NCBI GenBank assembly: GCA_030141605.1 | Contig: JAQGDQ010000081.1 | Location: forward strand, 372,001-436,000 | Length of the DNA: 64,000 nt | Direction of reading: 5' to 3' | DNA from: Tubiluchus corallicola | Taxonomy: Eukaryota > Animalia > Priapulida | Part shown: one piece after another, positions 1 through 12,812 of the stretch | Numbering within the stretch: position 1 is the first letter of the stretch | How the letters are laid out: each line of letters opens with the position of its first letter | Notes under the pieces: model-generated | What the model was told of the DNA's origin: nothing | Seen by the model: only the letters and a program-made list of their open reading frames with translations | The model's database searches: none | Translations under genes and position numbers: made by a program

Positions 1-108
1 CTGTGCGTTTTTCCTTGATTAAGTCGTAAAAATTTAATGTGTACACTTAACTAAGTACCTTACTGGTTAGTCATTCAGAGAATCAAGGAGCGAATGAGTG
101 ACCATTTG

Positions 109-109
109 A

Positions 110-150
<41 letters not shown>

Positions 151-281
151 TCACTCAGTCACTCAGTCAGTCAGTCAGTCAGTCAGTCAGTCAGTCAGTC
201 AGTCAGTCAGTCAGTCAGTCAGTCAGTCAGTCAGTCAGTCAGTCAGTCAGTCAGTTAGTCAGTCAGTCAGTCAGTCGTCAG
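109..281. repeat. Compound tetranucleotide microsatellite (AGCC)n-(AGTC)n
   Basis: Directly visible tandem agcc units followed by agtc units. Confidence 0.97.
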
Positions 282-2483
282 CATGAAACGCAAATGTCTA
301 GCTACACAGTTTACACCTACTAAACCATTTTTTAACATCAGCTGATTAAATTCAAGTCGATTGTTAAACTTTTATCTTATAATTTTCTCTTTCTTTTATA
401 ATTCACTACAATTCATTTCATTTTGCTGAACCGCTCGGATGGTGCATTAGTTTCATATTTTATCTCGTCAGAACGCATAAAGCTAATTCTGCAAAGAGCA
501 TTCGGTCCGTCCGACGATGTTACAACTCATCAGGCAAAAAGCGCCAATTTGTTTCCGGTTCTGCTCTTCGGGGAAATTTGTGAACAATTCGCAGGAAAGA
601 GTAAAGTGCGTGAACAGAATTATTTGCATGGTCTTCAGCAATATCAGTTGCTTTGCTCAAAGCAAGTGCCCACGACATAAGTCCATGTTGCACGCTAGTG
701 CCATCATGCAGAATATGTGTGTATGTTATACACCAGTGGTGCAATTTGTGCACAAGAACATAGGCCTGTGTTGTACACTAGGACCATGACGTGATAGGCC
801 TAGTTGCACCCTAGTGCCACAATGCATGCAATCACAATGGAGCGAAGTTATAATCGTCGAGCAATGTAATGGTCCATAGTTTCACTGAAATAGCCTTTTC
901 ACAGTTCCAGCGATTGATGGTGATCGTAAAAGGTCAAAAGCTAAAAGGTCATTGTACATTTGACAATGCCTCGCAGCACATGCTAGTGTAATAGTAACAG
1001 TTTTAATAGCTAGAACCTTACCTAGTTCATTTTTCTTGTTCCCAAGCAAGATCCTACTAGTAAAACACTCTACGCGCAGACTAATGCATAATTAAGAAAC
1101 GTCCAGGTAAAATAACTGAAGATCCTGAACCGATATGGTTGATGGCTTTGCTTTACCCACATGTCACGTGACGGATGTATTTACAAGGAGTTGCTGCGGT
1201 ACGCTTAACCGTTGGCGTACAGCAACAGCGCGCGCGCACAACGAAACTGCGAAAAGGCTTATTAAGAGCCATAGAGGGACTGGTGTCTTCTTTCTGACTT
1301 TGTCATTGTCCTCTCAAAGAAGATTATTACTTAAATCAGAGACAATGCCCTTTAATCAAAAATGAAACAACTAGATTTGGTGTAAACAATATTCCAATCA
1401 GGATTTTGTACTCACATTAGGAAACTTTTTTCTGCAAATCGTGATAATTCTTTCAAAGACCCCACCACCATTAAAAAGTACACAATTCCATTTTAGTGTA
1501 CTTTACTTTTTACTCACTATCTATTACTTATTTACCCTTTTTTTACTAGTTCCCTTTTTCTTTCTCATTACTTTTTGTAAAGAGCTTCCCTAGAGTCAAC
1601 CTTTGCATGACTATTTGCAGTTCTAACAAGCTGTATGCCTCGTCTGCTACATATTATTAATAATTAACATCAGAAATTCAGTCAGATGTCGAAACTATTT
1701 GGAAGTATTTCAATAGCAACAATAATGACGTTGTCAGCTACTGGCCATTGTTTTTGGAAGCACTGTCTATTTTTGGATAGTTTGGAGAACCGAGCTACAC
1801 TGCAGATGCTGCAAACACATGTGGCAAAATAAATTTTTCTAAGGGCCAATTTTGCGTCTTTGTTGCTGGTGTCGTCTGATTAAATTCAACTTTTCTTCTG
1901 TTCATTAATTTTTATGGTGTTCATCGTGTTCAAGGGAGCGTGCAGACTCGGACTGAAATTGCAGTGAGTTGGCATCTACACTAATTACTTTTATAGCTCT
2001 ATGAGCCAGCAGGAAAATGCGAAACATAATCATTGAACTAAAATGTTTCAGGTTTTTCTTACATTTCGACTTTCAGTTGGACATGTTTCAATTTTATTTG
2101 TATCCTAGAATAATCTCACGTTAACAGATTTCTCAGATGTTTTACTTGAAATCCTACTACAAGTGATGGTGTTTAAAGGCTAAAGGCAATCAAGCACTCA
2201 ATTGTCATTTTTTCAACAATAATTATCGTATTATTTGTCGCAGAATGCTGAATGTTGGCACTATCACTGTGATAGTTAAATCTAATAGCTAATCTCAGTT
2301 AACCTAACGTTATTAATGTGCCTCTAACTAAATTGTTATTTACAGAAATTTATCACGCACAAGTTTTAAGAAAATAATACACTAAAGCTACCAAACATTT
2401 TTTTACCTAATTCTAATTCATATTGAAAATGATTACATGCGAACTGCAATTTTCACTGCAAAAAAATTATTTGTCCGATTTTG

Positions 2484-2548
2484 CAGGGGAGGGGGGCGCA
2501 AATTTTGACAGGGGGCGCCCCCCTCGCTCCCCCCTAGTTCCGCCCCTG
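2484..2548. mobile_element. GC-rich terminus of a non-autonomous DNA transposon/MITE relic
   Basis: GC-rich island ending ctagttccgcccctg in an AT-rich background. Related ends occur at 45457 (cagggcggatctag), 48153 (tagatccgcccct) and ~53672 (tgccgcccctg). Confidence 0.45.
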
Positions 2549-3558
2549 CTATCACACATTTTTCCGATATATCGTTCTTATGGTACGTTACATTGTGCTC
2601 TTCGACCCGTCCAGCACTAACCATTTTACAGGCAATGATGGATCATGCGTGGGAGGAATTTGTGCGCATCAGGGGGTGGGTTTGTGATTCATCGGTTTTT
2701 TGTGCAGAGTTGTAAAGGGTTACGTTTGGATCCAGCTGGTCGTTAAGTACATTTTATCGACTCATAATTTTTAATTAAGCGAGAACATTTGTTTGATATG
2801 CCAGGAGATAAGACTAATCAAGATGGTATTATGATGTTGATGTAGTTTTATTAAATGGACACTAAGTGCGCACGTTTGTACTTGTTAGAATGATTTCTTA
2901 CTTCTCTGTGTTCGTAATTTATAATCCGGGGGGAAGCGCTTACGTAGGAAATAAAATAAAATGTATGAAAGGGAATAAGCCTGATGCTGATGAAACCGAT
3001 TGACGCTATGACGTTCAAGTTAGGCCAATTATCTTAATCAGCGTGGTTTGTAAAAGTATATTACGTGCATGTGTATTGACATTAATTTGTTTCGCAGTGG
3101 TAAAACACTGTAATTACAAAGAAAACAAACATGGATGTTAATTTTGTTAGGGTTATAATATATAATGTCATTGTAAATTATTAATAATAAGACTTTCATT
3201 TAGAGGTTTTACTTCGCGTTACATAAAATTATTGTTGCTTAAGTGGGAATTTTTGTGGACCCAAAAGTACTTGATTGATTGTGCAACCAGGGGGTGACTT
3301 TTTTACTTATGTCTGTTTATATGTCTTCTGTAAGTATTATATTTTGAGGTTGGAAACTTTTTCTTGGCGAATAATAAAGTCTTACAACTTATTAACTATT
3401 TCCACTTTTACGGTTTCATAACCGTGTTATGAATTGATGTTTCTTATATTTTTGCTAAAATGTGTTAGAGTGAGGTATCTAAAAATTGCGTAACCCGCCT
3501 CTTCGTTAGGGAAGCAATATTGGCTATGGCATTGACAATTGTAGTTTTTATATTGCAG

Positions 3559-3626
3559 GTAAATTCCGTTAAAATCATACCTCGTCTAATTGTCGTCGAC
3601 TCAGCATTACTCAGTTTCTAACAAAG
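3559..3626 (+). other. Probable non-coding (5'UTR) exon, 68 nt
   Basis: Acceptor tttttatattgcAG| at 3557-3558 and consensus donor AAG|GTAAGT at 3627. All three frames contain stops. Confidence 0.55.
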
Positions 3627-6600
3627 GTAAGTAAGATATTTTGATTTTGTAATTTTTTTAATATACAGTAGAGAATTTAAACTAACATAAGCACTTATCG
3701 TAAACCAGATTATTTTACCATAATCACAGTGTATAGGGCTATAGGCCGTTTGAAAATCGATACTACGTGTCATAATAAATTATTTACACATCTATTGTGT
3801 AGACTATTTCGTCGTATAATTCTTTAAATTGGCAAAAAAAGTTCACCCGCGCGAAAACACTCCCAATTTCTGTTCATTGCTACAAGCACAACAATATCAT
3901 ACGGTTACATTTTTAATGCTAATTGCATGCATAATTAAAGGGCAGTGCTTCGCTTGAGAGGAAGGGTAAACGTAGATCAAACGAAGACAAAGAGAATTTC
4001 ACTGTGCTCTAATTAAGGCGAATGTCGCCTTAGGCACTAATTTGTCTGAAAAATTCTGTATAATGAGGCACACGAGCCGTGCTTAAATGATAATTCTTTC
4101 CTAGTGAAAAGAAAGATGGAAGTTTCCACGCTAGACTGTTGTGGGGGCGTACAACTGGATTCATTTTAGACTGTACGTCCTGAATAGTAATACAAATCAC
4201 TTTAGGAGGAGTCTGAAGGACCAACTCCGAGGGATCCACTCGTTGAATTGGGTTTTCCTCTATCTCGCTTTGTTATTTAGGGTAATAGGCCATATTCGAC
4301 TGCTAGGGATGTATCAAATCACCTTGCTCATTTAATTTTAACCTTTGACCTATCAGTGACTTTTAAAGGTCTATCGTGAAATATGTTGATTGACCTGCCA
4401 ATTTGATTTAGTTATTTGCGTTTGCTAACGAACCGCATAAAAAATTGCTGCGAACTAAGCTAGAAAGTTCTGGACTAAAGTTGATTTTGATCTTTTTACC
4501 TTAACAAACAATTCTGTGGACGATCGACAGCCAAACTGACACTGCTGAAGACTCTACCCACCCTCTAGTAACTAAAATCCAAGCATTAGATTTAGACAAA
4601 TCTCTGAGCTTTTTATAGTCTATGTTAAGTGTTTTGTGGTTTCTGTTATTACGAAGAAAAATTTTCCACTCGAAACGGCGGCTCTGACTTTGAAGCCATA
4701 TTGAATCCATAACTAATTTGTCTGTTTGGCTTACGTTCATCTTGTATGATTAAAATTCACCAAAATTACTAATTTGCAATTTCAAGGTGGAACTATTCGC
4801 TTCAGTTTCTAACTTTATGCGCGAGTTTGCAATCTCGGAAATTCAATTCTTGCGTTGTAAAGCAATTTTGCAACTTCGGCTGACGTTATATCCAACACGT
4901 TCAAGGCGCATGCGCAAAAGTTTATCGTTGTATGTAGCTACTGAACGTGAGACTGAGACTTTCATTCCTAATATAATAATAAATGTCGACAATAAAATGA
5001 TTTTTATTTAGAAATAGCCATCACAAGAATTGGAAATTGGAAGAATTGGAAACCCGTGTCGCCATCTACTAAAATTATTAATAATTTGTAGAAGTTGGTA
5101 TACCTTTAGGAACTTCAGTACAGTGTTATGAAACACTGTTCTTATAATATCTTACAAAGTTGTCTTACTTTGAAACTGTAACTTATAAACAAAAAGTAGT
5201 TTATGTTGCACAAGTTGGAGCATTCAATGAATTCCCACGTCTTTCATAAGGCATCTGTTACCATTAGTGAAAAAAACATGTTTAGGCATGCGTTTCTGTA
5301 TAATTATACTCTTTTGTATGCACCACTCCTTGTAGGAGATGAACTTCTTCATTATTTAACACTAGCAGTAAAAAATCCTAATCTTGTGATGAATGCTTGT
5401 TCTTTGTTATAAATGAACTGCATTTTAATGGGTGTGATCACGCGATGGAGTTACGGCAAGGACATACAGGACTGACCCGTCTGTCAGCATAATTTCGCAA
5501 GCAAGGAACTGATAATATAATCCACAATCGTAAAAATTAGCGCGTAAAAATTTCGTTTTATGCTAAATTTACGATTCGCACGAGATGTTTTCCTGCAAAG
5601 ATGTCCTTTTCTGCGTGTGACCTTGAGTTTCGTTCTAGAGGAGATTATTACTAATTTATAAGGTTTTCTCTTGTTGCTGTTATGTGCTATTACAGCCTTT
5701 ATCATCACTATAGATTTTATAAAACATTTATACAGGAGAATACTTCATGATGTTGCTTGATTTCGCCTGATTTATTTATATTCCTCTGCACGACGAATAA
5801 CAATTTGGTTTGTTTGTTCTTCTTCTTGGTGACGATATTTCAAGAAAGAACGCTAGGAATTATGCTTGAATGATTAGGCGAACAGTTTTGGTACCTTTCT
5901 TGCTATTTAATTTATTTAATGAGGAATTGATACTAACAGTTAAAGGTAGGATTAATAATTGCAAAGACGACCGCATGATATCGCTTGCAAGAGTCGCTTT
6001 AAAGCGGTCCTTAGTTATACAGTTTTGTTTTCGTTTCTCTCCATGGGAGGTGTTATGTTCTTTCACGTACGAAAACGGTTACGTCGACGAGCTGCTATGT
6101 AAAATTCGTTATTATGGTTGAAGTCTGACAATTTAGCAACAACAGAAGGAAAAAATTGTTTAGTTGTTTTTTTGCCAGTGTTGCCGGGTCTTTTATACTG
6201 TAATCTTTTGTTCATTGGATTTTCTTACTGACTGAAACTCACAATTCTAAAATTGCAATAAATTGCGCAAACGTCTTTAGATTAACTAAACAAAATGTCA
6301 AATGTGTGGGCCTATGATAGTAAAAAAATGTTCGGAATATAAACTATATTCCCGCTGGGAATGACTAGATCCAAATAATAAATGACTGCTCTTTTGTTTA
6401 TAGGGTGTCTCATTGACGTTTAAGTTAATGAGCACAATTCTAATCAGTTTCACTCTGTATGATGTTAATCAACTCACTGCTAAGTAATTGGCTAAGTAAT
6501 TAGCTCTAGAATATTTGCATAATGTTGACCCAACAGTCAATCATTGGTTCATTATGTTAGAGACAAAACGCGACACTTGATAAACATTGTACGAGGACGT

Positions 6601-8767
6601 TGAAGAAATTAATCAGTTTGCGCACAACTACACAGCAATTTTGGTACTCTCTGCTTGTACATACTACATTGTCATTATAGTACGCAGCAAATAGTTTTAT
6701 ATTCACTTTTTCACATGTCTTTAAAATATTTAATCGGTTGGTGCGTAGTTGAGATTGTGCTTGGTCGATCGTTTATAGCTTGAATGCAATGCACTTTACC
6801 ATGAAATGCACTTTACCATTTTGTGTGCAACTTTTTAAAGTTAAGTGCTGAAAATCTTTGATTTTATACATTTTAATTTCTTTTGAATTTTTCTAAAAAA
6901 CTTTCAAAAATTTGCTAAGTATATTAAATATTCTAGTCGAGTAGACACGCAAACTTTTTTCAAAGCGCTTTCGATGATATAATATCATTTAAAAAACCCA
7001 ATAATCTTAAAAAATAAACAGCTAGACACTAAACACACTAAAGCCCTTTTGCTTGCCAACTGTTGGTCAATTCCACTTGGAGCGTGCCAGTCTTTAAGTA
7101 AGCCAGCATAAGCCAGACCGGTTTCACTCTGGTAAACATTTAATCTGATCTCGAGCTGATTAATGTAAAATGATTATTATCTCATCTCGAGTTGACTGAT
7201 GTAAAAATAGTTAATTAAAGTGCTTAATTATAATTTAATTAGAAAGTTTATGGCCAATCTTTTAGGATAGTTTTATTTTATTTTCCTCTGTACATTGGTC
7301 TATCGATTTTGGCTGCGCTGGACCCCTGAGGTCTCAAATGACTATAAAACCGTTAGCCCAAGAGTTCGAATTGTCGTAAACTATTACTGACCACTGGGCA
7401 ATGCATTTCAGTGCCATCTAGCTATAATTGCCATGCTAGTGTTAATTACTTCCTGTAGGTTTCAATTATAATTACATGCAATATTCATGATATAGAACGT
7501 GGGACAATTCATTTATCCTGTTGCATCTTTATTTCCTTCTCACTCTTTCTCCCTATGCCTTTCTTTTTCCCTCTCTCTCACTCTCTTTCTCTCTCTCTCT
7601 CTCACGCTGTCTGTCCGTTTCTTTTGGACATTTTACGAGTATCATTGTTTCTACGAAGTTGTTCGTGCGCAAGAAAAGCACGTTAGAGCCGCACATGACT
7701 AACTTGAATGTGATAGAACGCTGCAGCAGCTGTATTAAACAAGCCATGCGTCGAGGAGCTTCCCTGAAGCAAAAGTTGCGCTATCCAAAAGAGAATCTGC
7801 CCCCAACAATACTCTGGGGAGGGACCTTTCGTGTCGCCAAGCACCTGAAAGGGTTTATGGTACTTAGTAAGCACTGACTGCTCTTTCTGGCAGGATTTAC
7901 AGCCCCTATTGTCTTATCAAAGATTAGGATTTGCGCGGAACTTGTTACAAAGGGAGTCAATTTGTCTTAAATCACTTTCATGCAAATGCCAAAGACTTTC
8001 GTAAGTGCAATTCTGTTATATTTTTCGAACCAATTGCCTCATGTGGCCCAAACAGGTTAGGAAAGTCCGAAAGACATTGCTGTTCTAGAGACTGCCTTTA
8101 AAACGTCGAGTTTTGTAAAATCATTACAAATGTTAGGGAATGGATAACCGTTTGTTGGATGCTGTCGCTGTTCAGGAGAAGAGCAGTATACTTAAATAAT
8201 TAGCCCGGCACAATTATATTTTTGTCAAGAATGAGGTATCAGGTTACACAGTGTTGGCTTTGGCAGGGCGAGTGTGCGGGCATCTATATGTAGAAACTGC
8301 AAACATATGGGCGTTTCATAGTGTTCCCACTTTTGTGATGTTTCTCTTAGATTTGTTAACTGTTTTTGATATTTTACTGATCACTGCATATTAGTACAAA
8401 TTCACGTTTACTCGCAATCAAGTATGCAGCAACTTATTTAATCTGCAGCCAAAGAAAAAGACCAAAAATGCACCGTATTAAAAATGACATTGCAATTATG
8501 CTAGCCGCCATGTAGCCATTTGCCTACTATAGGTCTCAGGGCATTTCTGCCAATAATCCTATGGCGTGATGGAAACGTCAATTTGGTTAGTATAAAAAAG
8601 AACACACACTACACACGACACACTTTCAGTTGTGCTAGTTATACCAGAGTGAAATATCTTTCACTACTTTTAAACGCGTTGATGTGTTAGGATTTATGTA
8701 CGTAAAATGTCATTTTAGAATGCCCACTGTTCATTTTAATGTAAATGCATTTTAAATATCAATTAAA

Positions 8768-8789
8768 CTACTGCCACTGCTACTACTGT

Positions 8790-8847
<58 letters not shown>

Positions 8848-8851
8848 ACTG

Positions 8852-8884
<33 letters not shown>
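8768..8884. repeat. (CTA)n/(CTG)n trinucleotide microsatellite
   Basis: Directly visible. Confidence 0.95.
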
Positions 8885-9899
8885 TCGCTGCTGTTAAACG
8901 TAATAGTAATCATCTCTCTGCTACTGCACTATTTTCCCCACTCTTTGCAGCTGATCTATTTTGAATTGGGCCACATTTTTAACTTGCAGAAATCCTCAAT
9001 TCCCATTGCGTTTTTAGTAAGTGAGGAGAAAGTTGTATTTTCTTTCTTCAATCAGCATCTTGGTTTGTCTGAGAGGGAATTTCTAATCTTCATCTCTAAG
9101 ACACCGTCATGTTTCCAATATTGGATCGGAACGGATTAGCGGAGCGTTGAATAGCTGTATCGCTTGACCACTGGTCAGTCTTGCTAATCCCATTGCACTG
9201 TTCAAAGCGAATTGCCCAGGCAGTGTGGAGTGAAATTAGATTACACACACTGCACATGCACATGGTTACTGACCATAGAATGACCAGTGGCTATTTTGCA
9301 ATCAGATTTTCGGCTAGCTTTGTCGCTTTGGTCAGTTCATTGCTAGAATTTTTGCGCTATGTTACGCGGATAATTACTTAATTATAGAGTTTAAATCATC
9401 CTAACTAATTGGACAAGCTGAAGGCGGCGTTTTCTGATTTAGACAGCTGTAGTTCCTGTGAATTTTTTGTGCTAACGTGGATGTGAAACCTTGATCCTTG
9501 TTCCTTGACTGATTAGCCTGTACTACTGGTCGCTGTATGCGATTGAATTCTCTGCATATTGTTGGCGTGATTAAAGGCAAAACGCCACAGTTTTGGCAAT
9601 GCTCGTAAGTATTTTATACTGCAAACTTACACATATAATTTGCATGTAATTAACTGAATTGCGTATACAATCTTTTTAAATTTGGTTGTTGATCTGAAAC
9701 CTTTATCAATAATCCTGATTTTAGCACTCACTTTAACACTCTTTGTCTAACATCACGGCAAATAATGTTATACGCAGCATTAAAAAAGCTAGTTACAGAA
9801 TGCGTAAAATGAGGTGTTATAGAATTACACTCTATCAATGTAAAATTGTGTAATGTTTTTACAGAAATTTTTGCCTGCAAAAAAGAGGCCAATAAAGAG

Positions 9900-9913
9900 T
9901 CATCATCATCAAT

Positions 9914-9987
<74 letters not shown>
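9900..9987. repeat. (CAT)n microsatellite, directly preceded by AATAAA (possible retroelement 3' tail)
   Basis: ccaataaagagt followed by (cat)n. Confidence 0.93.
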
Positions 9988-10829
9988 TTTTGGCCTGTTT
10001 TACAAACCAGTTAAAACACTGAAGAAATCCGAAATGGGTTTCGATATAACGATTTGCTTGTTAAAAGTAGAATCTAATTTAAACAGAAAAGCTATTCTGT
10101 CATCCAATTGTCCGGTAATCATATTCATATTTATATTTAGAAGTTGTAGCTACAGTGATAGCGTCTGTAGCAGCAGCTTCCAAATAAAGGAAAAGGAAAT
10201 GGTTTGTAAATGGAAACAAATGGCACCCAGAGTTTTTGCACTTTTTATACTTTACTTTATCCAAAGAACGTCCTTACTAGAAATCCGTACTTGAAAAGTT
10301 ATGAGAGTGCCTGCATATAGAAAATGCCTTCAGTGCACTCCCCTCAGTGTTCACTTGAAAGGCTCTGCATGAATATCACTGCCTAGGTTGTCCATTTCTG
10401 CACAACACAATTAGAGAAAAAGTGTTTCCTTATATTTGTGCGTGAATACTGAACATGTAGTTTTCCTTCATGATCATGTAACTCTCTTTGAGGATTTTCA
10501 AGGAAGTAAACAAATTTCTTAGATTTCGTCGAAAGGAAGAAGTAATTTTCAAAAGAAATATTTTTAAGGTTGATAGGACGGTATGATTTACTGTTAAAGA
10601 ATGATTTCAAGAAGTTTGAATGTTTATCTGAGTGACTGTTATGTCTGGTTTCTCACAAGTGTGTCTCAGAACGTGTAAGTAATTAAGCAGAATGACTCAC
10701 TGACTTTACACGCATCTTTATTTGCTGAGTAACACTGCTGCACTATTGCAAGGGAAGCTGATGATAGCAAACAATTTACTTAATTAGTAATCGAGAGTTT
10801 CGTTGCTATAAGCAGTAAGTGGAGTGAAC

Positions 10830-11330
10830 ACTGTGAATGAATGAGTGAGTGAATGAGTAAATGAAGAAGAATTTGTTGTACCAAGTAACTAACTAACATA
10901 CAGCAGCAATACAACATAAAAAACATAGCTTTCGTGTAAATGAATAATAGAGAATGTATAAGCTAACGAATGGATGCTTGTGCATGAGCGGATTGATGAA
11001 TAAATGAACGAGTGAATGTTTAAGTGAATGAATTAACGAAAAAACGAAGAAAAAAGGAATAAATGGACCAATGAGTGGTTGAACTATGAGTTGGACGAAC
11101 ATTTGTCGACAAAACAAATGATAGGACGAATGAATGAATGAGTGATGGAAGAAAGAAAGGGAAGGAAGAAAAAGTGAATGATTGAATTCACGTGTGAGTA
11201 GATGAACAAATGAATAAACGGGCGAAAAAAACGAACGGACGGACGGACGGAACGAACGAACACACGAATGAAATTATCGATAAATGAATAAACGAATGGT
11301 CAAATGGAGTAGAAAATGAACAAAAAGTAG
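10830..11330. repeat. Degenerate (TGAA/CGAA)n low-complexity tract
   Basis: Recurrent gaat/gaac/gagt tetramers. Similar tracts lie at ~16460-16680 and, reverse complemented, at ~50620-50970. Confidence 0.8.
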
Positions 11331-12639
11331 AAAAATATCAGCGATTCCATTAGAACAGTCGTGAATTTTTACATCAAAACCTGCCCTTTGATACAAAATT
11401 ATCGGTAGTGTCTCTTTGCCATTGCTAATGCAAATTTGGAATCTCATACTTGACTTCGTTTCTCTAAAAGTCACATATTAGAAAGACAAACACTACACTC
11501 TCGCAAATGAATGTGAAAACATAATAAGATTGAGCATCACACACATCATAATTACTGGAAAGCTTCATTATGATGCTGTCATAAATTAGAGCAACAATGT
11601 CATTAACGTGACTCAGCCGCCATAAATGCGCCCAAATATCACCCACCCGAATAGCAGGCCACGCCCTCAAACGTTTGGAAAACAATAGAACAGTACCTAG
11701 CGTCTGCAATATTGAAAACTGTCTGAATTATGGATGTGATAATGATAGGTTTTCCTGTAGCAATTAAGAAGGTATAATTATTATTTCTCAAATTCATAGG
11801 ACGTTGCGCAATGTTATTGCTGCATCAGAAACATTAATGAATGCGTGTCAATAGAAAGCATTAATAACTTGTATTAATTATTGATATGCGAGAGCGAGCG
11901 TGCGCGGGTGCATGCTATGCGTGCGTAGACATCAATGTGTGAGTGTTATAGATGACACACGCAAATGATACTGTTTTCATTTCGCGTACTATTTAATATG
12001 GTGAATATACATCTAGATGGTTTTAGCCAAGAACTTTGGATTACTGCTTTGGTGTAATATTAGCAAACGCAGCAGCAGCAATAGCAACAGGTAGTTATAG
12101 TAACAGGAGCAGCAGCGGCGACGCTAGTGGTAGCAGTAAAATTTTATTTCAAGCTAAAAGAAAAATAATTTAGAGAATCTACAAGTTGGAAAGAGAACAT
12201 TTAAAACAAAATATGAGACTTTTTCTGTGTCATATTTGTTGTTTATTTCTGTGACGGTTCCAAGTAAAGATCTTGTATTGTTCATTCTGAACTATTGTTT
12301 TCACTGCCTTAATTCTTGATGTTGTTCAGAATCCTAAACTATTGTTAATTTAAACCTTTTCTATACTGTTCTTTGTACGTTATTGCTTGGGAAATAAGAT
12401 AAGCCAGGCAAGTGTGTCCGAATTAATGGATGAAAGCGGTTATTCGGCCGGAATTAACGCGTCCAAATTGAAGTGGACAATGGACGATGGGTCATTGATT
12501 AATCACAACGGACCACGTGTTGTTTGCTGACAGCATAGATTATACAAATGATAATTATTAAGTCAGTTCATTGATGATTTGTCTTTCTTTGTTTCTGACA
12601 AGATAAAATTGATGACAGAGACGAAGGTGGTGCTAGTAG

Positions 12640-12812
12640 CGATGGTGCTGAATGACGATGATGCTGATGGTTATGATGACGATGATTGTGATGATGATGA
12701 TGGTGGTGGTGGTGGCGGCGGTGATGATGATATTGATGATGGGTGGTGATGAATGACGATGATGCTGATGGTTATGATGATGATGATTGTGATGATGATG
12801 ATGTGGTGTTTG
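12640..12812. repeat. Degenerate (GAT/GGT)n microsatellite
   Basis: Directly visible, with an internal duplication of gaatgacgatgatgctgatggttatgatga. Confidence 0.9.
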